From: an uncultured Eubacteriales bacterium
Lineage (GTDB): Bacteria; Bacillota_I; Bacilli_A; RFN20; UBA1709
Assembly (NCBI GenBank): GCA_964367815.1
Contig: CAYIYR010000004.1
Coordinates: 3,236 to 67,235, forward strand
DNA: 64,000 nucleotides
Direction: 5' to 3'
Part shown: positions 30,060 to 39,058 of the stretch, in pieces
How the letters are laid out: each line of letters opens with the position of its first letter
How positions within the stretch are numbered: the stretch's first letter is position 1
Notes under the pieces: generated by a model
Seen by the model: only the letters and a program-made list of their open reading frames with translations
What the model was told of the DNA's origin: nothing
The model's database searches: none
Position numbers and translations under genes: made by a program

Positions 30060-30998
30060 ATGAGTTTCTTAATAATTATTCTAAACATATTGGAAACAGG
30101 TCTTCCCTATGCTCTATTAGCCTTAGGAATCTTCCTGACTTACCGTCTTCTCGATATTGCTGATCTTTCCGCTGAAGGTTCATTCACTCTTGGTGGTTGT
30201 CTAGGATTAACTCTAACAGCGATTGGTGTAAACGCCTATTTATCGGTCTTCATCGCCATAATTGCTGGCTTTCTAGCCGGTTGTTGTACTGGTATTCTTC
30301 ATACCAAGCTGAAAATTCCTTCTCTTTTATCCGGTATTATCACCATGACCGGTTTAATTGCTATTAACTTAGTCATCATGGGACTTGCTAATGCTTCATC
30401 GCCTTCTAGCAATGCGGTTACCATTGGATCTAGTGGGCGGGGACCAAAATCAATCTTTGATTATGTATCTCTTTTCAAACTACCATTGATGAACCAAGTC
30501 TTAGTCATGGTTGTTATCACAATATTAGTTCTCTTAGTCGTTTATTGGTTCTTTGGAACTGAGATTGGTCAAGCCATTCGGGCAACTGGTATGAATCGGA
30601 ACATGGCCAAAGCTCAAGGAATTAACACTTCAAGAATGCTTATTTTTGGTCTAGGAATTAGCAATGCGATCATTGCCCTAGGTGGAGCCCTATGGGCTCA
30701 AGGTTCAAGAAGTTTTGAAATTGGCAATGGTACAGGAGCCTTAGTTATTGGACTGGCCGCCATAATTCTAGGCGAGACAATATTTGGAAAGAGATCATTT
30801 AAAAATTGGATTATTTCCGTTGTTCTTGGCTCTATTGTCTATTTCACTATCATCCAAGTTGCAATCATTCTCAACTTCCCTCACTATTTAATGAAGTTGC
30901 TATATGCCGTACTAATTACAATTGCACTTTCAATACCTCTTATTCAAAAAGCATTTGCCAAGAAGAAAAAAGAAAAAGTGGTGATCACCAATGCTTAA
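30060..30998 (+). CDS. ABC transporter permease (COG4120-type)
   Basis: 312 aa polytopic membrane protein encoded between the SBP and ATPase genes. Confidence 0.8.
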   Translation: MSFLIIILNILETGLPYALLALGIFLTYRLLDIADLSAEGSFTLGGCLGLTLTAIGVNAYLSVFIAIIAGFLAGCCTGILHTKLKIPSLLSGIITMTGLIAINLVIMGLANASSPSSNAVTIGSSGRGPKSIFDYVSLFKLPLMNQVLVMVVITILVLLVVYWFFGTEIGQAIRATGMNRNMAKAQGINTSRMLIFGLGISNAIIALGGALWAQGSRSFEIGNGTGALVIGLAAIILGETIFGKRSFKNWIISVVLGSIVYFTIIQVAIILNFPHYLMKLLYAVLITIALSIPLIQKAFAKKKKEKVVITNA

Positions 30999-31770
30999 AA
31001 TTACAAACATTTCTAAAGAGTTTAATCTTACTGGAAACATTGAAGACCGACGAGTTGCCCTTGCTGACGTTTCATTGACAATTAAAGATGGTGAATTTGT
31101 TACAATTATTGGCGGTAATGGAAGTGGTAAAACCACTCTGATGAATCTAATTGCTGGCGGTCTGCTTCAAGATAGTGGCACGATAGAAATAAACAATCGT
31201 GATGTAAGTCGCTTGAACGAGCATCAACGAGCAAAATTTTTAGGACGAGTCTTCCAAGATCCTAATTTAGGCACCGCCAAAGATATGTCGATTCTCGAAA
31301 ACATGGAGATAGCGATGCGTCGGACTCGAAAAAGTACTCTAAAATGGGGGTTTAATAAAGACAACAAAACTTATTTTGTTGAACGACTATCAACCCTAAA
31401 CTTAGGGTTAGAAAACCGTTTAACTCAGAAAGTTGGTTTGTTATCCGGTGGTCAAAGACAAGCCTTGACCTTGATAATGGCAACCCTAAGTCAACCAGAT
31501 TTATTGCTTCTTGATGAGCATACAGCGGCCTTAGATCCTAAAACCTCAAAGATAGTTTTAGAAATTACCAATAAAATTGTCACTAGCAATAAACTAACAA
31601 CCATCATGATTACCCACAATATGCAAGATGCCATCACCTATGGCAATCGGCTAATAATGCTGCATAATGGGAGAATCATCTATGATGTAAAAGGCGAAGA
31701 AAAGAAAAAATTGACAACGCAAGAATTAGTTGCCAAATTCGAAAGCACCGCAGATACCTCAATGCTATAA
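30991..31770 (+). CDS. ABC transporter ATP-binding protein (COG1101-type)
   Basis: 259 aa. Walker A GGNGSGKTT, signature LSGGQRQ, Walker B LLLDE. Confidence 0.85.
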   Translation: MLKITNISKEFNLTGNIEDRRVALADVSLTIKDGEFVTIIGGNGSGKTTLMNLIAGGLLQDSGTIEINNRDVSRLNEHQRAKFLGRVFQDPNLGTAKDMSILENMEIAMRRTRKSTLKWGFNKDNKTYFVERLSTLNLGLENRLTQKVGLLSGGQRQALTLIMATLSQPDLLLLDEHTAALDPKTSKIVLEITNKIVTSNKLTTIMITHNMQDAITYGNRLIMLHNGRIIYDVKGEEKKKLTTQELVAKFESTADTSML

Positions 31771-31808
31771 ATAATTCCTACTAAGATAAGTTTAGCTAGA
31801 TAAAAGCA

Positions 31809-31841
31809 AAAGATGACTTGCAACAATCACAAGTCATCTTT
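31809..31841. terminator. Bidirectional terminator between the ABC ATPase gene and the DtxR-family gene
   Basis: 10-bp stem AGATGACTTG...CAAGTCATCT flanked by T-rich runs on both strands. Confidence 0.6.
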
Positions 31842-31843
31842 TC

Positions 31844-32212
31844 TTATTTCTTTTTATTTATATGCTTTTTCAAGCACGCAAATGTTTCATCGCTTAAATC
31901 ATGTTCAATCTTGCAAGCATCTTCTTCTGCAACTTTGGCATCAACTCCCAAAGTTACGAAAATGTCTGTTAGCAAATGATGACGTTCAGCAACCTTGCTA
32001 GCAATTTCCCAACCAGTATTTGTCAGAACAAGATGTTCATTTTCATCAATTGTTAAGAATCCATCTGCAACCATTTGCTTAAGTTTTACCGAAACAGTGG
32101 GCTTAGAAAAACCCATTGATTTGCATAAATCGATGGCATGAACGCCCTCTTTCTGCTCCGTCAAAAAATATATAGCCTCAAGGTATTTCTCATTCGTTTC
32201 ATCAATTTTCAT
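31844..32212 (-). CDS. DtxR/MntR-family metal-dependent transcriptional regulator
   Basis: About 122 aa from MKIDETNEKYLEAIY, with a winged-helix plus metal-binding helix pattern. RBS AGAGGGA before this ATG; the ORF-track TTG start at 32269 is probably too long. Confidence 0.8.
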   Translation of the reverse strand: MKIDETNEKYLEAIYFLTEQKEGVHAIDLCKSMGFSKPTVSVKLKQMVADGFLTIDENEHLVLTNTGWEIASKVAERHHLLTDIFVTLGVDAKVAEEDACKIEHDLSDETFACLKKHINKKK

Positions 32213-32213
32213 T

Positions 32214-32372
32214 TCATTTCCCTCTTTTCTGACAGGCTTGACACTGCTGGCAACTATGACAGCAGCCAATACAGGCGATATGTCCTTTCTTGCGTGCTCT
32301 AATAATATATCTAATAGCTAATACCGCCCAAAATGCGACAATACTAATAATCATTATATCAATAAATTTCAT
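32214..32372 (-). CDS. FeoB-associated Cys-rich membrane protein (small, not in ORF track)
   Basis: 52 aa MKFIDIMIISIVAFWAVLAIRYIIRARKKGHIACIGCCHSCQQCQACQKRGK. One TM helix plus a C-terminal Cys cluster. ATG immediately follows the feoB stop. Confidence 0.65.
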   Translation of the reverse strand: MKFIDIMIISIVAFWAVLAIRYIIRARKKGHIACIGCCHSCQQCQACQKRGK

Positions 32373-34376
32373 CTAAATCACCTTCGCAATACTATAAACA
32401 ATAAAAGCCACAACCCAAGCTAATACGCATTGGTAGAGAACCACTAGCATTGTCTTTCCACGGCCATACTCTTTTTTCATTGTCGAAATCGTTGCAACAC
32501 AAGGAGTATAAAGCAACACTATCGTTAAAAATGATAGCATGGAAGGAATTGTTCCAAGCAGGATAAGCAGCCCGCCCTCACTAGAGAGCATCTCCATCGT
32601 ACTAATAACCGCTTCTTTGGCTGTAAATCCAGCAATTAAGGCCGAAACAATTTTGCCGTCCCCTAAGCCTACTGGCTTAAATATTGGCGCCAATAGATTA
32701 CCTAAATGTTCGAGTAAGCTAACATTATTGATCACATCGGTAGTAATAAAAATGAGTTGGGTATTGTAAGCTTGCAAGAACCAAACAATCAAAGTTGCTA
32801 AGAAGATAACGGTAAATGCTCTTGTCAAGAAATCTTTTGACTTCTCCCATATAAGCAGCCATGTACTCTTTAGTGATGGCAAGCGATAATTAGGTAGTTC
32901 CATAACAAATGGTATGGCTTTTCCTTTCATAATGATTTTGCCCATCACCAAAGCCGTTACAATGCCTAGCAAAATACCGACTAAATACAAACAAATAATG
33001 ATTAGTGACTGTTGCCACCAACTGAACACGCCACTATTTACAATGGCAAAATATACAATTGCTTTAGCTGAGCAACTAATAAAAGGAATTAAACCAATGG
33101 TTATCTTCCGGTCCCTTTCGGAAGCCAAAGTCCTCGTGCTCATTATCGCCGGAACTGAACAGCCAAAACCAATTATAATAGGAACAAAGCTCCGACCCGA
33201 TAGTCCAATTTTCCGCAGTGGCTTATCCATAATAAAAGCAATACGAGCCATATAGCCAGAATCTTCTAACAACGATAGAAATAAAAACATAAAAATAATA
33301 TAAGGTAATAAAGATATAACTGCCCCTAAACCGCCAAATAATCCCTTATCAAGAAAATCAACAACTGCGGGATTAGTTCCAAATTTTGTTAAACCATTAA
33401 TTACTATTTCATCAAGACTATCTATGCCCCAGCTAATCAAATTGCCAAGATATTTGCCAAAAACTTGAAAGGTAAGCAAATAGATAGCGACAATTATCAA
33501 TAAAAATAATGGTATGGCGGCTCCTCTATTAGTCAAAATCTTATCTATTGTTTCACTCCGCTTGCGCTCCTTACTTTCTTGGCACTTGATTACACAGGCA
33601 TTTGTAACTTTATCAATAAAGGTATAAGTCATTTCAGCAACCGCAGCATCGCGATCTAAATCACAATCAGTTTCCATTTCAATAACACTATGTTCAATTA
33701 ATTCTTCCTCGTTGGTATCTAACTCCAAACGTTTAGCAAAATCAGTCCCAGTCATGATCAGATTCATTGCGCAGAAACGGGCGGATACATCGATTTTCTC
33801 CGCATGATCTTCAATTAATAGAATCGTTGAGTGCAAGCATCTATGAACTGGATTATCTTTCTCACAAATATCAGTAACCTTTGGCTTTTGATGATTCTGG
33901 GCGGTTTTAATCAGGCAAGCCATTAATTCATCAACACCTTCATTTTTGGCGGCCGAGATAGGAATAACTGGTACTCCTAACATGTCTGACATCTTTTGGA
34001 CATCAATTGTACCACCATTGTTACGAACTTCATCCATCATATTCAAAGCCACTACCATTGGAATGTCTAATGACATTAATTGGGTGGTTAAGTACAAATT
34101 CCGCTCTATAGTGGTCGCATCAACGATATTGATAATACCATCGGGATGTTGATTCAAAATACAATCCCTTGTTACAATTTCTTCTTCGGTATAAGGACGC
34201 AACGAATAGATACCCGGTAAGTCAATGATTTGGCAGTCTTTTCGACCCATATAGGTTCCTACTTTGGCATCAACAGTCACTCCCGGAAAGTTTCCAACAT
34301 GCTGATTAGAGCCAGTAATCTGATTAAATAAAGTAGTCTTGCCACAGTTTTGATTACCAACTAGTGCAAATCTCAT
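32373..34376 (-). CDS. feoB: Ferrous iron transport protein B
   Basis: 667 aa. N-terminal G-domain (GNQNCGKTTLFN) plus polytopic membrane domain. Confidence 0.9.
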   Translation of the reverse strand: MRFALVGNQNCGKTTLFNQITGSNQHVGNFPGVTVDAKVGTYMGRKDCQIIDLPGIYSLRPYTEEEIVTRDCILNQHPDGIINIVDATTIERNLYLTTQLMSLDIPMVVALNMMDEVRNNGGTIDVQKMSDMLGVPVIPISAAKNEGVDELMACLIKTAQNHQKPKVTDICEKDNPVHRCLHSTILLIEDHAEKIDVSARFCAMNLIMTGTDFAKRLELDTNEEELIEHSVIEMETDCDLDRDAAVAEMTYTFIDKVTNACVIKCQESKERKRSETIDKILTNRGAAIPLFLLIIVAIYLLTFQVFGKYLGNLISWGIDSLDEIVINGLTKFGTNPAVVDFLDKGLFGGLGAVISLLPYIIFMFLFLSLLEDSGYMARIAFIMDKPLRKIGLSGRSFVPIIIGFGCSVPAIMSTRTLASERDRKITIGLIPFISCSAKAIVYFAIVNSGVFSWWQQSLIIICLYLVGILLGIVTALVMGKIIMKGKAIPFVMELPNYRLPSLKSTWLLIWEKSKDFLTRAFTVIFLATLIVWFLQAYNTQLIFITTDVINNVSLLEHLGNLLAPIFKPVGLGDGKIVSALIAGFTAKEAVISTMEMLSSEGGLLILLGTIPSMLSFLTIVLLYTPCVATISTMKKEYGRGKTMLVVLYQCVLAWVVAFIVYSIAKVI

Positions 34377-34618
34377 ATGATTTCCACCTCGATGTCTTTA
34401 GCTTGATCTTTACGAATTGTTAGATCATATCCTCTAAGTCTTATCTCAATCGGATCACCCATTGGCGCAAGCTTAATTACTGTGACCAAAGTCTTGGGAA
34501 TCAATCCCATGTCTAAAAGACGACCACGCAAGATTCCCTGCCCGCCAACTTTGCTTATCATAACGCTATGACCAGCTTTAATTTGGTCAAGAGTTAAGGC
34601 TTTCTTATTTTCTGTCAT
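34373..34618 (-). CDS. feoA: Ferrous iron transport protein A
   Basis: 81 aa SH3-like FeoA, overlapping the feoB start by 4 nt. Confidence 0.8.
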   Translation of the reverse strand: MTENKKALTLDQIKAGHSVMISKVGGQGILRGRLLDMGLIPKTLVTVIKLAPMGDPIEIRLRGYDLTIRKDQAKDIEVEII

Positions 34619-34701
34619 ACTATCACCTTTTCTATATAGTTAGTCTTGCCTAACCGAATTTATTTTAGCATGTCTTTAGATAATGTCAATCAAAATTCAT
34701 A

Positions 34702-34736
34702 AAAAAACTAGCAGATTTCTCTGCCAGCTTAATTTT
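34702..34736 (-). terminator. Intrinsic terminator after the 34748-35545 membrane-protein gene
   Basis: CTAGCAG-ATTTCT-CTGCCAG hairpin, U-run on the minus strand. Confidence 0.5.
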
Positions 34737-34747
34737 TTACTATATTA

Positions 34748-35545
34748 TTATTTGAAAGGGAAATTCAAAGGGATTTGCGGTCCTAACATTCCCATCGACC
34801 CTGTGACAATTATTAGCAGAGCAACAAAAGCAATGAAAGAGCCTAACCCAATCAATTGCCATTTTCTTGGAAGGTCATGAATTACCACTGCTGAGAAAAA
34901 GAATGGACAATAACCTATGATGAAAATCAAATATGGAACATTCGACTGCCACCAAGATTTATCCCAAGTTAATACTCCTGCTTTATTCAATATGATCTCA
35001 ACAATGACCGCTAGAACTGAGCCAACCAAGGCGGGAATAATTCGTCCCAATATAGCTTTTCTCTTAGTCTTACGCTCTTCAATAGTCAAGTCTTTGTTTC
35101 TTTTGTTTGCTTTATAGAACAAATTATTTGGATCAGCCAGCCAATTCTTATTGCCATCAAAAAAATTAATGCCTTCGCTATCTGGACTAGTTTTTAGCAG
35201 TAAGCAGGCAAACATGCCTAAAATAAAAAACATAAAACAGATTTCAATATTATATCCTATCAATATTTGATAAGCCGAGTTACCTTGAGCGATAGTACCC
35301 CAAACTGGTGAACCAGTAGTTGCATAAACCATCGAATTCCAGGTTTCATTAAAAACATCCATTGCCCAAAAAGCAACAGCACCAAACAAAATATTAAAGA
35401 GTTTCTTTTTCACTAAGCAAGCGCCGATAAACGCAACAATTACAAATATTGGTACTATGTACCAATTTAGCTTAGATAAATCCTGTAAATTTTCTTCCAA
35501 CTGCTGAGCAGTCACCAAATAATTAGCCATATTCCTAACCTCCAT
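34748..35545 (-). CDS. Hypothetical polytopic membrane protein
   Basis: 265 aa, about 6 TM helices, no recognisable motifs. Confidence 0.45.
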   Translation of the reverse strand: MEVRNMANYLVTAQQLEENLQDLSKLNWYIVPIFVIVAFIGACLVKKKLFNILFGAVAFWAMDVFNETWNSMVYATTGSPVWGTIAQGNSAYQILIGYNIEICFMFFILGMFACLLLKTSPDSEGINFFDGNKNWLADPNNLFYKANKRNKDLTIEERKTKRKAILGRIIPALVGSVLAVIVEIILNKAGVLTWDKSWWQSNVPYLIFIIGYCPFFFSAVVIHDLPRKWQLIGLGSFIAFVALLIIVTGSMGMLGPQIPLNFPFK

Positions 35546-35778
35546 ATTATCTATAATTCATTATAAACTACCTTGATAAACTATACTAGAGCAAAAGAAA
35601 TATACCCATGTCCAATAATTGCATTATAGAACTCGCTATGGTAAAATTATTGTACACCAAATGAACATATGGTGAATCCGAGCCATTATGTCCTAAAAAT
35701 ATTGATAAATATTCACGGCTATTGGCCGGGGTATAATTGGAAACGGTTATGCCTTCCATTGTGAAAAGGAGAGAAAGA

Positions 35779-36756
35779 ATGAAGAAAAAGTTGTTCAAGT
35801 TTTTTGCTGCCTTTGTAGCAGCATGCAGCATCTGCACTATCGCAGTAGGCTGTAAAAATGATGGAATCGAACTGAAGATTCTAAAAGAAGAAGATGACAG
35901 CATGATCAACACCTACGCGATGATAGCAGTTGATCCAAATGCACCATTTATCTCATCGACTGATGGTTCTGCCCTAGCAGCTGGATCTGTATCTATCAAT
36001 ACAGCAGGAGCTGATGCATTCATCGAATGGATGAGTAGTAGCGCAGGTCGTAATTTGATTAAGGACTATGGAAAAGCCGATTACGATGAGTATTTATTCT
36101 ATTTATTAGACACCGCTGAAACTTATAGTGGAACTATCGCTGCGGCAACCTCTGCAACCAAGACAATTCGTTTATCGACAACAACGTCTGTCAATGATAG
36201 TGGGCTGCTTAGCGCAATTGTACCAACATTTGAAAAAGATTATGGCTATGAAGTCAAGATATCTTCCGCCGGAACAGGCAAAGCAATTGCGGCAGCCACT
36301 TATGGAAATGCCGATCTAATCCTAGTCCACTCAAAGTCACAAGAAGAAACATTTATTAATGCGCACTATGCAAGAAAAGTGGCCTCTTTTAAACAAGAAA
36401 GACTAGCATTCATGTATAACTATTTTGTTTTAGTCGGGCCGAAAAAAGACCCTGCCAAAGTAGCTGATGCTGCCAACGTTAAGGAAGCCTTTAAAAAGAT
36501 TTCTGATGGCAGCTACACCTTTATTTCACGTGGTGATAAGAGCGGTACACATACAAAAGAAATTTCCTTATGGGATTCAACGCTAAAGATTACAACTGAA
36601 GCTACTAGTGTCAAAAATTATCCTTGGTATGTTTCAGCAAATGCTGGTATGGGTGTCTGCTTAACTCAAGCGAATGAAAAAGGTGCTTATATCTTATCCG
36701 ATAAGGCAACATTCTTAACCTTTAAAGCCAACCGTGGAATTATGCTTCAAGCATAG
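35779..36756 (+). CDS. tupA: Tungstate/molybdate ABC transporter substrate-binding protein (TupA/WtpA-like)
   Basis: Lipoprotein signal (AACSICTIAVGCKNDG) and anion-binding PBP fold with SRGDKSGTHTKE motif. Context is Moco and tungsten-enzyme genes. Confidence 0.65.
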   Translation: MKKKLFKFFAAFVAACSICTIAVGCKNDGIELKILKEEDDSMINTYAMIAVDPNAPFISSTDGSALAAGSVSINTAGADAFIEWMSSSAGRNLIKDYGKADYDEYLFYLLDTAETYSGTIAAATSATKTIRLSTTTSVNDSGLLSAIVPTFEKDYGYEVKISSAGTGKAIAAATYGNADLILVHSKSQEETFINAHYARKVASFKQERLAFMYNYFVLVGPKKDPAKVADAANVKEAFKKISDGSYTFISRGDKSGTHTKEISLWDSTLKITTEATSVKNYPWYVSANAGMGVCLTQANEKGAYILSDKATFLTFKANRGIMLQA

Positions 36757-36776
36757 TTTCAAGTTAAAGTATTATT

Positions 36777-37472
36777 ATGAAAGATGCATTTAGACAAGCC
36801 TTTGAACTAATCTTTAGTGGTGACATTGAATTAATTAACATCGTTCGTACCACTTTAATCATGAGCGTATCAAGTTCCCTTATTTCCCTAATAATTGGTG
36901 TGCCTTTAGGAGTTTTGCTTGCTTATAATGATTTCAAGGGAAAAAAAGTTGTAACAATTATTGTTCGCACATTAACTGGTGTCCCACCGGTTGTCTGTGG
37001 ATTGTTTTGTTATATGCTTTTTTCTGGGGTTGGACCCCTTGGCTTTATGCATCTTCTTTTTTCTATTCCTGGTATGATAGTGGCTCAAGTTTTGTTAATC
37101 ACTCCAATAATCATTGCTACTACCGAAACATTTGTAGCAACCATTACTGTTCGGATTAAGGAGACAGCCATGGGTCTGGGCCTTAGTAAGGGCAAAGCCT
37201 TTCTATTAACCGTTAACGAAAGTAAATATCAAATTTTTTCTACTTATTTGTTAGGATTTTCTCGAGCTATTGCAGAAGTTGGAGCTGTTTCCATGGTCGG
37301 TGGAGGTATTGCATGGCATACTAATGTTATGACAACCGCTATCGCTCAATATACAGGAATGGGGAATTTTGATAAAGCATTTGCTTTGGGAATTATTCTC
37401 CTATTATTAGCTTTAATCTTCAACATAGTGATGTTTATCATCCAAGGACGGCTAAAATATGATAATAAATAA
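36777..37472 (+). CDS. tupB: Tungstate/molybdate ABC transporter permease (TupB-like)
   Basis: 231 aa, 5-6 TM binding-protein-dependent permease. Confidence 0.7.
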   Translation: MKDAFRQAFELIFSGDIELINIVRTTLIMSVSSSLISLIIGVPLGVLLAYNDFKGKKVVTIIVRTLTGVPPVVCGLFCYMLFSGVGPLGFMHLLFSIPGMIVAQVLLITPIIIATTETFVATITVRIKETAMGLGLSKGKAFLLTVNESKYQIFSTYLLGFSRAIAEVGAVSMVGGGIAWHTNVMTTAIAQYTGMGNFDKAFALGIILLLLALIFNIVMFIIQGRLKYDNK

Positions 37473-38124
37473 TTTAACTAAAACATTTAAAGGCAAACAA
37501 GTCTTAAATATTTCAAGCTTTACTTTTGAGCCCAATAGAATTTATGCGATTATTGGAGCTAATGGCAGCGGTAAATCTACTCTCGGGAAATGTTTGGCGG
37601 GAATAATTCCTGCTGATAGCCCAAGTTCTATTGAGAAAAGCAATCAAAAAATTGGCTATCTTCCCCAAGTAAATTACGCTTTTGCCATGTCGGCCTGGAA
37701 GAATATTATGTTAGGTTGTACTAATGAAATTCAAAAAGAAAAAGCCAAAAAATATATGGAAGAACTTGATTTCACTTCCTTAGCTAAGCAGTTTGCACCA
37801 AAACTATCTGGTGGCGAAATTGCTAAAATGGCATTGATTCGCTTGCTTATTCATGATAATGATTTCTTAGTTCTTGATGAACCAACGGCTTCCTTAGATG
37901 TTAAATCAACACTTACTGCTGAAAGATTAATTAAAAACCATCAAGAGGAAAGACAAAGCACTATTATTATAATTACTCATTCAATCAAGCAAGCGCTTCG
38001 ACTTGCCGATGAAGTTCTCTTTCTAAATGATGGACAGCTACTAGAATATGGAGCAGTTCAAGAGGTTATTAATCAGCCAAAAAATGATCTGCTTAAGGAA
38101 TTCATTAAATTATTAGCAATTTAA
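37459..38124 (+). CDS. tupC: Tungstate/molybdate ABC transporter ATP-binding protein (TupC-like, no TOBE domain)
   Basis: 221 aa with Walker A GANGSGKST, LSGGE, and LVLDEP. Confidence 0.7.
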   Translation: MIINNLTKTFKGKQVLNISSFTFEPNRIYAIIGANGSGKSTLGKCLAGIIPADSPSSIEKSNQKIGYLPQVNYAFAMSAWKNIMLGCTNEIQKEKAKKYMEELDFTSLAKQFAPKLSGGEIAKMALIRLLIHDNDFLVLDEPTASLDVKSTLTAERLIKNHQEERQSTIIIITHSIKQALRLADEVLFLNDGQLLEYGAVQEVINQPKNDLLKEFIKLLAI

Positions 38125-38139
38125 AAGTGAGGTATTTCC

Positions 38140-38595
38140 TCACTTTTTCATTATTTCAATACTATCTCCGGCTTTTATTGTTCCTTCGACAATGACTATC
38201 GCAAAAATGCCTTCTTTAGGCATAATGCAAGACCCAAATCGTTGGGCAATCTCGCATCCAAGATCGGCATGACATTTTTTCCCGATCTGCGATACCTCTA
38301 AAATAGTTGATCCAATTTTCAGTCTTGTGCCAACTGGTATCTCATAAAGAATTAACCCTTCGGTGGTAATATTCTCAGCAAACTTACCCTCACAAATACC
38401 CGTAACATTCTTTTTCATTTGCTTAAACTTATCTATGCTCTCAACTCCAAGAAGACTAATTTGTCTCAATCCTGGTCCCGCATGAGCATCATTAACAATG
38501 CCATAATCTTTTCGGCATTCGATTTCTCCAACTGGATGCTTGCAAACACCTTTAACTTCACTAACATTAACCGCAATTACTTTTCCTTTAGACAT
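38140..38595 (-). CDS. MOSC domain-containing protein
   Basis: About 151 aa from MSKGKVIAVNVS. MOSC beta-barrel pattern with conserved Cys near the C-terminus. The ORF-track N-terminal extension overlaps moaC and is rejected. Confidence 0.55.
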   Translation of the reverse strand: MSKGKVIAVNVSEVKGVCKHPVGEIECRKDYGIVNDAHAGPGLRQISLLGVESIDKFKQMKKNVTGICEGKFAENITTEGLILYEIPVGTRLKIGSTILEVSQIGKKCHADLGCEIAQRFGSCIMPKEGIFAIVIVEGTIKAGDSIEIMKK

Positions 38596-39055
38596 TATGA
38601 AATTCGCCACTCTTTCCTCCACTCTTGTAAACAAGTTTACAATTTGTGAAATATACATATTTGTCAATAGCTTTAACCATATCATAGATAGTTAAGGCTG
38701 CAACGTTACAAGCTGTTAATGCTTCCATTTCAACACCAGTACCATAGTTAGTCTTAACTGTTGCATAAATGTCAACACCATACTCCTTAATCTTATATTC
38801 AATATCAGCATTGCTAAGAGGAATATTGTGACACATCGGAATGATTTCATAAGTCCTTTTTGCAGCCATAATTCCGGCAATCTGCGATACTGCTAAAACA
38901 TCGCCCTTTGCAATTTTGTTGTTCTGAATACAAGCTAATGTTTCCGGTTGCATATGAACCTCAATCATCGCAGTTGCGACTCTTGGAGTTACTTTTTTTT
39001 CTGAGATATCAACCATTTTCGCATAGCCATGTTCATTAAAATGTGTTAAGTCCAT
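38588..39055 (-). CDS. moaC: Cyclic pyranopterin monophosphate synthase MoaC
   Basis: 155 aa (MDLTHFNEHGYAKMVDISEK...) with the typical MoaC N-terminus. Confidence 0.85.
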   Translation of the reverse strand: MDLTHFNEHGYAKMVDISEKKVTPRVATAMIEVHMQPETLACIQNNKIAKGDVLAVSQIAGIMAAKRTYEIIPMCHNIPLSNADIEYKIKEYGVDIYATVKTNYGTGVEMEALTACNVAALTIYDMVKAIDKYVYFTNCKLVYKSGGKSGEFHNV

Positions 39056-39058
39056 TTT

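Noticed and set aside
30806-31136. Two overlapping ORFs (90 aa plus-strand, 68 aa minus-strand) inside the ABC permease/ATPase genes
   Set aside because: They are embedded in or antisense to motif-supported ABC genes, with no independent RBS or motifs.
35586-35912. 108-aa minus-strand ORF overlapping the tupA promoter, leader and start
   Set aside because: Low-complexity, no motifs, and antisense to a well-supported gene start and a structured leader. Likely spurious.
38596-38685. N-terminal 30 residues of the MOSC-domain ORF (MIWLKLLTNMY...)
   Set aside because: It overlaps the moaC 3' end by about 100 nt; the internal Met (MSKGKVIAVN) gives a typical-length MOSC protein.
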